A program made the translations under genes and the position numbers. A stretch of DNA of 64,000 nucleotides from an uncultured Ignavibacteria bacterium (GTDB taxonomy: Bacteria; Bacteroidota; Ignavibacteria; Tepidaquicellales; OLB5): positions 10,171 through 74,170 of the forward strand of contig CALMYL010000030.1 of the NCBI GenBank assembly GCA_937873695.1, given 5' to 3'. This document shows positions 16,568 through 25,025 of the stretch, one piece after another (position 1 is the stretch's first letter; the number at the start of each line of letters is the position of its first letter). The notes beneath the pieces are model-generated. The model worked only from the letters and a program-made list of their open reading frames with translations, did not search any database and had not been told where the DNA came from.

Positions 16568-17536
16568 CTATTTCTGTTTTTGCCTGTTACGTGATAGTTT
16601 ATCTGCCCATTTGATCGCCTCTATGAGGCTTACTTCGCTTGCTGTACCCTTGCCAGCTATATCAAACGCTGTGCCGTGGTCTGGTGAAGTGCGAACAAAC
16701 GGCAATCCCGCTGTAAAATTGGTACCTTTGTGTCCCGCAAGCATTTTAAAGGGAATAAATCCCTGGTCATGATACATTGCCAAAGTCATTTCAAAGTTAA
16801 GGTATTTTTTTGAAGCAAAAAATGCATCAGGGGAATAGGGTCCTGTGATCTTTATTCCTCTAAACTTCCTGTTTGCTTCCCGTATTACGGGAAAAATTAC
16901 TTTCACTTCTTCATCACCAATCAAGCCGTCATCACCTGCATGCGGATTCAACCCAAGCACTGCCATTTCACTCTTTCTAATTGCAAGATCATTTTTCAAA
17001 ACATCATAACAGATATTTATCTTGCCGGCTAACCGTTTTTTTGTAATAAGCCCGGCCGCATCTTTTAATGGGGGGTGAGTTGTCACAAATGCCATATTTA
17101 ATACATCGCTTAGCATTACCATACATGAGTCGTTTGAGCCGCTGAGTTTGGTAAGCATTTCAGTGTGACCGTCAAATTTAAATCCGCCAAGGTTTAGCGA
17201 TTTTTTATTTATCGGTGCAGTTACTATTGCATCAAATTCATCATTCAGGCAAAGCTCGATTGCTGTTTTTATTGCTAAACCGGCAGTAAAACCAGCTTCG
17301 GGTGATATTGCGCCCAGTTTGATCTTAAGCTTGCCGATTTCCAAAGGTATAACATTGAATTCATCCGCCGTGATCTTATATTTCAGCAGTTTTGAATAAT
17401 ACGCCAGCACTTCTATGGGTGAAATTACAGTGAGGTCATACTTACGGGTAATTGCTTTATTTTTAAGCGTCTTTAAAACCGTTTCGGGACCTATGCCATT
17501 ATAATCACCAATTGTTATTAATATTCTCGGTCTCAT
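16568..17536 (-). CDS. pdxA: 4-hydroxythreonine-4-phosphate dehydrogenase
   Basis: 322 aa with ITIGDYNGIGPE, GHTEML and SPDHGTAFDIAGKG. Confidence 0.9.
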   Translation of the reverse strand: MRPRILITIGDYNGIGPETVLKTLKNKAITRKYDLTVISPIEVLAYYSKLLKYKITADEFNVIPLEIGKLKIKLGAISPEAGFTAGLAIKTAIELCLNDEFDAIVTAPINKKSLNLGGFKFDGHTEMLTKLSGSNDSCMVMLSDVLNMAFVTTHPPLKDAAGLITKKRLAGKINICYDVLKNDLAIRKSEMAVLGLNPHAGDDGLIGDEEVKVIFPVIREANRKFRGIKITGPYSPDAFFASKKYLNFEMTLAMYHDQGFIPFKMLAGHKGTNFTAGLPFVRTSPDHGTAFDIAGKGTASEVSLIEAIKWADKLSRNRQKQK

Positions 17537-17541
17537 ATTTA

Positions 17542-18672
17542 TCAGGCAGTACCTGCCGCATAATTTTTGTTATAATAAGCTATCGCTTCGGCAATTCTTC
17601 TTTTAATTGAAGGATGCGAATATGTCCAGAACTCAACCAGCCGGTTAGGCTCATCATCAGCCAGATTCTGCTCTGCAAGTTTTTTCATTGTGCTCTCAAG
17701 CGCCAGCGGATCCCTTGTTGTATCAATAGCATACCTATCGGCTTCAAATTCAAACTTGCGCGATATACCCGCAGTTAACGGACTTGTGAAGAAACTATAT
17801 ACCGCGGCAATCAAAGCAAGCAGCGGCAATGCCCCTATTTCCCATGGCTGCGAGAAGCCAAACAAAGGGAGGAGTTTAATATAAATTTGCGACATTACAA
17901 AAAGTCCGATGAATGTACCAAATAAGGAAATTAAAATATTTTTTACAATGTGACCCCTTTTGTAATGACCCAGCTCATGCGCGAAAACAGTTTCAATTTC
18001 TTTTTCCGTGAAAGTTTCAAGCAGCGTATCGCCAAGTATAATGCGTTTTGTTTTTCCCAATCCCGTAAAAGCCGCATTAGCTTTTTTGGTAGTTTTGCTC
18101 ATATCAAATTTGTAAATACCGCTCACTTTGAATCCCGCTTTATCGCATAAAGCCATAAGTTTTGCTTTTAGTTCTTCGTTATCAATAGGGGTGAACTTGT
18201 AGAACAAAGGAAAAATAAACACAGGCGCAATTTGGGCCAGCAGTATTGAATAGACCCATACTATGCAGGCAAGATACAGCCACCATAATTCATAGTTAGA
18301 AATAAGCCAGTAGAACAAAAACGCTATGGGTGCTGCTATTATACTTCCAACAATGGCAGCTTTGGCTTTTTCAATGAGCCACTTGCTGAATGTCAGGTTT
18401 GATAGCCCGAATTTATGTTCAAGCCTGTAGCCGAAGGCGAAATCAATGGGGAAAGATACAATTGAGCTGACGAGTCCGATTACCAAACCGTAAATCACCA
18501 GCGCAATGTAGGGATTTGAAGTATAGCCGAAGGCAAAAAGCTCAAGCCTTTTGCTGTAGCCAAACCACAGGAAAAGTATTAGCAGTACGAAGGAAAATAC
18601 TGATTCCGTTATATTTACGATCAATTTGATCTTTTCGTACTTTTTAGCCTGTTCTTTCCGGTTTTCATCCAT
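17542..18672 (-). CDS. M48 family metallopeptidase (Ste24/HtpX-like), polytopic
   Basis: 376 aa with several TM helices, then HELGHYKRGH and a distal EFEADRYA. Confidence 0.85.
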   Translation of the reverse strand: MDENRKEQAKKYEKIKLIVNITESVFSFVLLILFLWFGYSKRLELFAFGYTSNPYIALVIYGLVIGLVSSIVSFPIDFAFGYRLEHKFGLSNLTFSKWLIEKAKAAIVGSIIAAPIAFLFYWLISNYELWWLYLACIVWVYSILLAQIAPVFIFPLFYKFTPIDNEELKAKLMALCDKAGFKVSGIYKFDMSKTTKKANAAFTGLGKTKRIILGDTLLETFTEKEIETVFAHELGHYKRGHIVKNILISLFGTFIGLFVMSQIYIKLLPLFGFSQPWEIGALPLLALIAAVYSFFTSPLTAGISRKFEFEADRYAIDTTRDPLALESTMKKLAEQNLADDEPNRLVEFWTYSHPSIKRRIAEAIAYYNKNYAAGTA

Positions 18673-18802
18673 AAGTGCAAAATTATGGTTAAAAAACGGG
18701 AGATTAAACAGAAAAATAAAAATCCTGCCGATTGCTGCTTTTAAACAGCTTAGCCAACTTACAAAATGCGCAAGTCAGGCGAATTACACGAATCTTATAG
18801 TA

Positions 18803-18825
18803 ATGTCAGGTTTAAAACCTGACAT
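18803..18825. repeat. Hairpin ATGTCAGGTT-TAA-AACCTGACAT
   Basis: 10-bp perfect stem. Same ...CAGGT-T(T)AAA-ACCTG... architecture as 9891-9921. Confidence 0.75.
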
Positions 18826-18963
18826 GAAAAGCGGAGCTTTTCCGAATAAATCAAACACGTTAATACAGGTCCCAAAGGCCTATGGACTGTCTTTGACAAT
18901 GGAGAGAAAATCAACAATTGTCGAGGCACAACATAATCAAGCCACGCCCGCACATTTTGGGAC

Positions 18964-19010
18964 AGTGGCGCCATAAAAAAAGCCCGGCAAAATTCTACCG
19001 GACATTTTAG
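18964..19010. repeat. Second copy of the 47-nt terminator-like module found at 5066-5112
   Basis: Ungapped comparison by eye gives 38/47 identical, including CCGGCAA.A.TCTACCGGACATTTT. Confidence 0.7.
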
Positions 19011-19013
19011 TTT

Positions 19014-19095
19014 AACTGTTCTGATAAAATCAAAAGGCTTAACCACGAATTTCACAAATTACACGAATTTTTGCCCCTGTCTTTTTGAGTCAATC
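19014..19095 (+). repeat. 82-nt direct repeat, copy 1
   Basis: AACTGTTCTGATAAAATCAAAAGGCTTAACCACGAATTTCACAAATT... The first 47 nt are identical to copy 2 and the overall match is about 75/82. Confidence 0.85.
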
Positions 19096-19156
19096 GAAGA
19101 AAGGAATAGAGTGAATCAAGCTACGCTTGCCCTTCGGGGAAGTGGCGGCATACATT

Positions 19157-19415
19157 AGCGATGGGCAAAGCCCATTTTCATAATAGTAAAAATTGAAAAA
19201 ATACCCCCTCTCAATCTCCCCCTGTTAGGCCAAAGGACTGCCAACGGCATGTGGGAGAAGAGCCCGCCTTGGGCGGGCGAAGTAGGGGTAATTATAAAAA
19301 AAAGCCCCAACGGGGCAAAATACATCAGCGATGGGCGAAGCCCATCGAAATGAATGCGCTAGTACTAAAAGCCGTGAAGCGGCGCGATACGTCAGCGATG
19401 GGCGAAACCCATCGC
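19157..19415. repeat. Three copies of an AGCGATGGGC-loop-(G)CCCAT(CG) hairpin
   Basis: Copies at 19157-19175, 19327-19347 and 19394-19415, each preceded by ..ATAC(A/G)T(T/C). Stem length differs between copies. Confidence 0.8.
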
Positions 19416-19492
19416 ATAAAAAAGTAATAATTAAAAGCCCTGTAAGCCGTAGGACTGGCATTGACAGTGGCGAAATACAAGATTTATTTATA

Positions 19493-19524
19493 CGCAGAGT
19501 CCCCGCAAAACGGGAGACTCTGCG
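19493..19524. repeat. Hairpin CGCAGAGTCCCCG-CAAAA-CGGGAGACTCTGCG; related copy at 50149-50176
   Basis: Read directly. The paralogue carries a compensatory G:C to T:A change in the stem. Confidence 0.75.
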
Positions 19525-19534
19525 GAGACTTAAA

Positions 19535-19616
19535 AACTGTTCTGATAAAATCAAAAGGCTTAACCACGAATTTCACAAATTTCACGAATTTTTATGCCGG
19601 TCTTTTTGAGTGAATC
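19535..19616 (+). repeat. 82-nt direct repeat, copy 2
   Basis: Same orientation as 19014-19095. The starts are 521 nt apart. Confidence 0.85.
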
Positions 19617-19714
19617 AAATGAATCAAGCCACGCTCCGATGGTCCAAAGGACTCTCCGGGAGAGGGGAGCTTATTGTATGTCACAAATTCAACAAAAATA
19701 TTTTTAAAATCCCC

Positions 19715-19743
19715 TTGCATTTTCAATTGACATATATTATATT
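19715..19743 (+). promoter_or_regulatory. Sigma70-type promoter candidate (TTGCAT-17 nt-TATATT), paralogous to 10026-10054
   Basis: Spacing counted directly. The downstream 71-nt block matches the 10038-10108 block at 55/71 positions without gaps. Confidence 0.5.
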
Positions 19744-19933
19744 ACATTTGTATGCATACTGCATATAGCAAATTATCCCTTTTTTATATGAAAAATCTAT
19801 TTTTACCGGACACTCTTCCTTTCCGAAATAATTGTATCCCAATCGCCGCAGATAACAAATCACCCGGAATTATTTCTTCGGATAAGTTTTCTCATTATGA
19901 ATATTACACAGATATTTTACCTCTTAAATTATT

Positions 19934-20003
19934 CATCTTGAGAATCATCTTGAGAATGTTAAAGCAATGTAATATCAATCCCATTCTCACGATGATTCTC
20001 ACG
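19934..20003. repeat. Long imperfect hairpin: tandem ATCTTGAGAATC 12-mers paired with CATTCTCACGATGATTCTCACG
   Basis: 22-nt arms with 20/22 pairing and a loop of about 23 nt. A third half-copy, CATCGTGAGAATC, lies at 20116-20128. Confidence 0.7.
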
Positions 20004-20214
20004 CAGCATCGGTTTCTCAACATGAATATATTCATAATGAGAAAAAATATTTCAGAAAAATGAGCCGGTTTCGGCAAAAACATCAGCCAAAACCGCTGAA
20101 TAAAAAAATCGCTTTCATCGTGAGAATCTCCCAAACTAAAATCACTGTAAAAACAACCGGCTAAACTAACAAAATTTCATTATCAGCATGAATAACATTA
20201 CCCGATCTTTCAAT

Positions 20215-20238
20215 TTATCTTCATTTTACGTTCTTATT
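20215..20238 (+). repeat. 24-nt perfect direct repeat, left copy (TTATCTTCATTTTACGTTCTTATT)
   Basis: Identical to 20289-20312. The two copies flank the 46-nt palindromic element. Confidence 0.9.
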
Positions 20239-20240
20239 CC

Positions 20241-20286
20241 CCCCGTTGTTGGTGTTGCTTGACTTGTTTCTAAGTTGACCAACAAC
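20241..20286. repeat. 46-nt palindromic element, copy 2 (intergenic)
   Basis: Matches 5201-5246 at 44/46 positions. Confidence 0.85.
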
Positions 20287-20288
20287 AA

Positions 20289-20312
20289 TTATCTTCATTT
20301 TACGTTCTTATT
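20289..20312 (+). repeat. 24-nt perfect direct repeat, right copy
   Basis: Identical to 20215-20238. Confidence 0.9.
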
Positions 20313-20356
20313 AAATTACCTATATTTGCATTAATAATAATTAATTATCCCCAAAG

Positions 20357-22054
20357 ATGAAAGCATTCAGTATAACCAAAACCATAAAAGTGTTGATTTT
20401 CGCCATGTTTTGTATATTTTTGGCATCATGCGGCAAAAACCCCGAAGTGATTTATATTAACGGCAAAATTTACACACTTGATAAGAACAATACCGTTGTT
20501 GAAGCGCTTGCGGTATACGAAGGCAAGATACTTGCCACGGGCAAATCAAGCGAACTCACAGAAAAATACAAAGATGCCAAAGTAATTGACCTGAAGGGCA
20601 AAACAGTTGTACCCGGCTTTATTGATGCTGAGGCGAACTTAATGGAGTTTTCAAAGCAGTTAAGCCTGCTTGATCTGAGGAATGCAAGATCAGTAGATGA
20701 AATTGTAAATATTGTACGCGAGCGCTCAAAAACCTCTAAGCCTGATGACTGGATAGGCGGCTTTGGGTGGGATGAACTTAAGCTTCCCGAAAAAGACCTG
20801 GAAAGGCTGCATCACAGCCTGCTTGATAATGTATCAACCACGCAATCAATTTACCTGGTTAACGCGCTTGGCAATACAACATGGGTTAACAAAAAAGTAC
20901 TTGAGCAGACAAAGGTCAACAAAGACACCCCTGACCCCGAGAACGGCGCAATTGGATTTGATGAAAATAATACACCCAACGGGCTGTTTTATGAAGCTGC
21001 GCAGGAGTTTGTAATAAAAATACTCCCACAGCCATCAGAGCAGGAAGTGATGTCTAATATCACACGCGGTATTAACGAGCTCTTTAAATACGGCATCACG
21101 GAAATTAACGACGCCAATATCACAGAGCAGGGTTTAAGCGTTTACAAAAAAATGGTGGATGACAACAAGTTCCCCATAAGGCTTTACGCGATGATACCGG
21201 GCAAAGGACCCTTGTTTGAAAAATATTTATCCAGCGGACCTGAAGAATACAAAGACAGAATTAACGTTAAATGTGTTAGCCTTGAGTACGACGGCTATTT
21301 TGAAACACAGGATGCCGCCATGGAAAATGATTATAACGCAGACCCCAAAAGAATGACTCCCTTTAACGATGACTTTGATATTAAGGAAATGACAAAGAAA
21401 GCCAATGAAAAGGATTTCCAGATTTCGGTTAAGACTGTTGGCGACAGAGCTTTAACACAAACGCTCAATGCTATTGAATCGGTTAATAAAGAAGTTAAAT
21501 CCAAAGCCGGAAGAACAAGGTTAGAGTATCTTGAATTTGTAACCCCTGAGCAGATGCAGCGCATAAAGCAAATGGAAATAATTCCTTCCGTAAGACCCGA
21601 AGTAACTCTGACTGACAAACTGATCTTAAATGAACTGATAAAACCCGAAAACGGGCAGAACCTTGGATTGTGGAACAATTTATTCAAACAGAATAATATT
21701 ATCATCTCAGGCACTGATTTCCCTTACCACACTATAAATCCACTGGTAGTTATGTACTATTTATCCAGCGGACTTTCAGTCGATACAGCCGCCAATAGGC
21801 TGGCCAATAATACAGCGCAAAAGCTGAGTGTCCTTGATGCGCTGAAGTCGTTCACAGTTTATTCAGCTTTCGCCTCTTATGCTGAAGAGGTAAAAGGAAC
21901 ACTGGAGAAAGATAAATTCGCAGATATGGTTGTTCTGTCGGAAGATATAGTTGCATCAGATCCCGCAGCGCTTCTGAAAACTAAAATTCTGATGACAATT
22001 ATACGCGGCGAAGTAGTATATGAAAACAAAGGACCTTCGGCATTATTATATTAA
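20357..22054 (+). CDS. Amidohydrolase family lipoprotein (YtcJ-like, Amidohydro_3)
   Basis: 565 aa with lipobox FLASCGKN, N-terminal IYINGKIYTLD...VYEGKILATG and C-terminal ADMVVLSEDI. Confidence 0.8.
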   Translation: MKAFSITKTIKVLIFAMFCIFLASCGKNPEVIYINGKIYTLDKNNTVVEALAVYEGKILATGKSSELTEKYKDAKVIDLKGKTVVPGFIDAEANLMEFSKQLSLLDLRNARSVDEIVNIVRERSKTSKPDDWIGGFGWDELKLPEKDLERLHHSLLDNVSTTQSIYLVNALGNTTWVNKKVLEQTKVNKDTPDPENGAIGFDENNTPNGLFYEAAQEFVIKILPQPSEQEVMSNITRGINELFKYGITEINDANITEQGLSVYKKMVDDNKFPIRLYAMIPGKGPLFEKYLSSGPEEYKDRINVKCVSLEYDGYFETQDAAMENDYNADPKRMTPFNDDFDIKEMTKKANEKDFQISVKTVGDRALTQTLNAIESVNKEVKSKAGRTRLEYLEFVTPEQMQRIKQMEIIPSVRPEVTLTDKLILNELIKPENGQNLGLWNNLFKQNNIIISGTDFPYHTINPLVVMYYLSSGLSVDTAANRLANNTAQKLSVLDALKSFTVYSAFASYAEEVKGTLEKDKFADMVVLSEDIVASDPAALLKTKILMTIIRGEVVYENKGPSALLY

Positions 22055-22089
22055 TATAACCTTAAATTATTATTAACTCTAAACAACAC

Positions 22090-22968
22090 ATGAAAGAAAT
22101 TGTTAAGACCTGGACGGTTCTTGACATTCTGAAAGTTACCGAAGCAGCCTTTCGCGGGCGCGGGATATCCAACCCCCGTTTAAACGCTGAACTGCTGCTA
22201 GCCGATACCACAGGAGACAGCAGAATTAACCTTTACCTGAACTTTGAAAAACCTCTTACTGAAAGCGAAGTATCTGATTACAGGAACAGAGTTAAACGCA
22301 GACTAAAATTTGAGCCTTTACAGTACATACGGGGTAAAACGGAGTTTTACGGTCTGGAATTCAATGTAACGCCTGATGTTTTGATTCCCCGCCAGGAAAC
22401 CGAGATATTGGTTGAAAAAGTACTGGAGTATAAGAAAGTATCGGGAATAAAGTGCCCCAAAATACTTGAAATTGGCACGGGCTCAGGATGTATATCAATT
22501 TCAATAGCCGCAAATTCTGAGTGTCAGATCAGGGCATTTGATGTAAGCACAAAGGCTATTGTAGTTGCGCAGTTAAATTCATTGGCAAATAATACCACCC
22601 CAAAAATACAATTTGATACGCTGGATTTCTTCAGTCCCGAAGTTACTTTTGAAGGATATGACATCATATTAAGTAATCCTCCTTACATTTCAGCACAAGA
22701 TGTACCGGGCTTAAATGAAGAAGTGAATGCCTATGAGCCGTACATTGCTTTAACTGATGATGGGGACGGACTCTCGTTCTACAAAAGGATATTTGAGCTT
22801 TATAACACCTCTCAGAACAAACCGGCAATTTTTCTGGAAATTGGCGACGGCAAAAAGGAAGATGTAACAGCCCTGATGAAAAAAAACAACATTACAAAAT
22901 ACGCTCTTCACAAAGATCTGATGAACATGCCAAGGGTACTTGAAATAGAAGGAACAGTAAGAAAATGA
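22090..22968 (+). CDS. prmC: Release factor glutamine N5-methyltransferase
   Basis: 292 aa with LQYIRGKTEFYGLEF, EIGTGSGCISI and SNPPYIS. Confidence 0.85.
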   Translation: MKEIVKTWTVLDILKVTEAAFRGRGISNPRLNAELLLADTTGDSRINLYLNFEKPLTESEVSDYRNRVKRRLKFEPLQYIRGKTEFYGLEFNVTPDVLIPRQETEILVEKVLEYKKVSGIKCPKILEIGTGSGCISISIAANSECQIRAFDVSTKAIVVAQLNSLANNTTPKIQFDTLDFFSPEVTFEGYDIILSNPPYISAQDVPGLNEEVNAYEPYIALTDDGDGLSFYKRIFELYNTSQNKPAIFLEIGDGKKEDVTALMKKNNITKYALHKDLMNMPRVLEIEGTVRK

Positions 22969-23420
22969 TAGCGTTGATACAAAGGGTTACTGAATGCAGT
23001 GTTACTGTTGGTGCTGAGCTTATTGACAGCATTCGCGGCGGAATGCTTGTACTGCTTGGCGTGAAAGATGGCGATACCGAAACTGATGCGGCATATCTTG
23101 CGGCAAAGACGGTTAACCTGCGGATATTCCATGATGAAAACGGGAAGATGAATCTCTCGCTGCTTGATACCGCGCAGGATATAATGATAGTATCACAGTT
23201 CACCCTGCATGCCGATACACGTCATGGCAACCGCCCCAGCTTCACCGATGCGGCTGAACCTAAAATAGCAGAAGAGCTTTATGAATACTTCATACAGGAA
23301 GTAAAGAACCTGATAGGAAATGACAAGGTGCATAATGGTGTGTTCGGCGCAATGATGAAAGTTAAACTGGTGAATGACGGACCCGTAACAATAACATTAC
23401 GCAGTAAAAACGATTATTAA
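22965..23420 (+). CDS. dtd: D-aminoacyl-tRNA deacylase
   Basis: 151 aa with MIALIQRV, SQFTL and NDGPVT. Its start overlaps the prmC stop (ATGA). Confidence 0.9.
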   Translation: MIALIQRVTECSVTVGAELIDSIRGGMLVLLGVKDGDTETDAAYLAAKTVNLRIFHDENGKMNLSLLDTAQDIMIVSQFTLHADTRHGNRPSFTDAAEPKIAEELYEYFIQEVKNLIGNDKVHNGVFGAMMKVKLVNDGPVTITLRSKNDY

Positions 23421-23432
23421 AATAATTACTGA

Positions 23433-24293
23433 TTGGATAAAATACTTTTAATAGGTTTCGGTAAACTTGGCTCGCACTTATACTACTCGCTTTTAAGCAC
23501 GGGTAAGTATATGGTTACCTCTGCCAAAAAACGCAGCACTAAAAAAAGTATTTTAGCCGGTTTAATAAGAAGTGCAGATGTAATTTTTATTTGTGTACAG
23601 GATTCCAAAGTAGCAAAAGCTGCTGAAAGTATTATTAAATCCGGGATTCCTTTAAAATATAAAATAATATTTCATACCTCAGGTGCATTAACAAGTGATG
23701 CAATTGCAGAATTAAAACAGCACGGTGCACGCACAGGTTCATTTCACCCCGTGCAAAGCTTCGCAAAACGGACTACCAGACTGACAAATAGCTTTAAAGA
23801 TATTTACATTGCAGCAGAAGGAGATAAACCGGCTGTTAAGAAAGCATATTCAATCGCAAAGAGTATTGGTTCAATTCCGTTCACAATAAAAAAAGAGAAC
23901 AAAGTTTATCATCACATATGCTGTGTAATGGCTTCCAATTTTTTGAGTGCGCTCAATGGCAGGATCGAAGAAACCGGGCGTAAAAAGATACAAATAAATG
24001 GGTTTAATAATCTCACATTTTTGAACATATATATGCCGCTGGCAAGGCAAACACTTGGCAATATCACCAAACATGGCGCTAAAGGTTCTTTGACCGGTCC
24101 GATCGAAAGAAATGATATCGTTACCGTAAAACATCATCTTGATGCACTGCAGAAAAGCAGCAAAGAGCTGCTGACATTCTATATATTAATGGGAATTGAA
24201 ACCGTTAAACTTGCGTTAAATAAGAAGAGCATAACAAAAAATGAAGCTTCAAAATTATATAAATTATTTTCTAATTATATCATAAAACAATAG
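23433..24293 (+). CDS. Rossmann-like plus DUF2520-type domain protein
   Basis: 286 aa with an N-terminal ILLIGFGKLGSHL dinucleotide-fold motif. The family assignment is from memory. TTG start. Confidence 0.6.
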   Translation: MDKILLIGFGKLGSHLYYSLLSTGKYMVTSAKKRSTKKSILAGLIRSADVIFICVQDSKVAKAAESIIKSGIPLKYKIIFHTSGALTSDAIAELKQHGARTGSFHPVQSFAKRTTRLTNSFKDIYIAAEGDKPAVKKAYSIAKSIGSIPFTIKKENKVYHHICCVMASNFLSALNGRIEETGRKKIQINGFNNLTFLNIYMPLARQTLGNITKHGAKGSLTGPIERNDIVTVKHHLDALQKSSKELLTFYILMGIETVKLALNKKSITKNEASKLYKLFSNYIIKQ

Positions 24294-24299
24294 TTTATA

Positions 24300-24992
24300 T
24301 TGAAAACCATAAATCTTAAACTCATCTTACCCCTGGTACTTTTAATACTTTCGGTAAATTCATATTCACAGAAACCGGATGACCTTAATCCTGGCTATTC
24401 AATTGATAGCCGGCTGCAAAAGATAACCGGAGGCCGGATAAATACATATGCTGATTCGCTGCAAAAGAAACTTATTCCAAAGCGTTCTATAAGCGCACTT
24501 TTTCTTGGATTTGGAGGCGGGCTTGCAATTCCGATGTCGAAGTTCAGCGAAACGGCAAATCCCACTTTTGGCATTCTGGGACGGCTTGAGTTTTCCTCTA
24601 CCGGCATTTTTCCCTTTGTTATAGGAGGTGAAGTAAATTACTTTTCATATAATTCCCCGGATGAGTTCCGGACAATAAATCTGCTCAGCAGTTACAGAAC
24701 AAAGATCTTATCCTTTGGGTTGAATATTGACTATTCGTTATCCAAACTTTTCAGAACATCTTTTACGATGCCGTTCATTTCTGTTGATGTAAAGAGTAAC
24801 AATATTAAACGCGATTTTGATGAAAACCGTTCGTTTGAGGGTGTCCCTTTGACAGAGTCCAAAGTAAGTGTTGGTGCAGGTTTGGGTTTTACACTTTTTA
24901 TTCTTGATTTCTCTGTGAAGTACAATTACATGAAAGATAACTCATTCATTTCTGTTACCACAAAAACAAAGTTCCCGGTGATAAGATTCTGA
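24300..24992 (+). CDS. Small outer-membrane beta-barrel protein (a PorT-like role cannot be confirmed)
   Basis: 230 aa with a signal peptide, alternating hydrophobic strands and a C-terminal ...KFPVIRF. Confidence 0.55.
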   Translation: MKTINLKLILPLVLLILSVNSYSQKPDDLNPGYSIDSRLQKITGGRINTYADSLQKKLIPKRSISALFLGFGGGLAIPMSKFSETANPTFGILGRLEFSSTGIFPFVIGGEVNYFSYNSPDEFRTINLLSSYRTKILSFGLNIDYSLSKLFRTSFTMPFISVDVKSNNIKRDFDENRSFEGVPLTESKVSVGAGLGFTLFILDFSVKYNYMKDNSFISVTTKTKFPVIRF

Positions 24993-25025
24993 CCGAAATA
25001 CGCAAACAAATAGAAAACCAACCTG

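Noticed and set aside
19727-19732. The TTGACA at 19727-19732 as the -35 box of the second promoter module
   Set aside because: It is only 5 nt from the shared TATATT, so the spacing is wrong. It aligns with TTGGCA of the first module, inside the spacer. TTGCAT at 19715-19720 gives the correct 17-nt spacing.
20215-20312. A repeat-spacer-repeat layout (24-nt repeat, 50-nt insert, 24-nt repeat) that could be read as a minimal CRISPR array
   Set aside because: There are only two repeat copies. No cas genes are in the window. The repeat is AT-rich and non-palindromic. The 'spacer' is itself a palindromic repeat found at two other places in this window. A flanking duplication around an inserted element explains the layout better.
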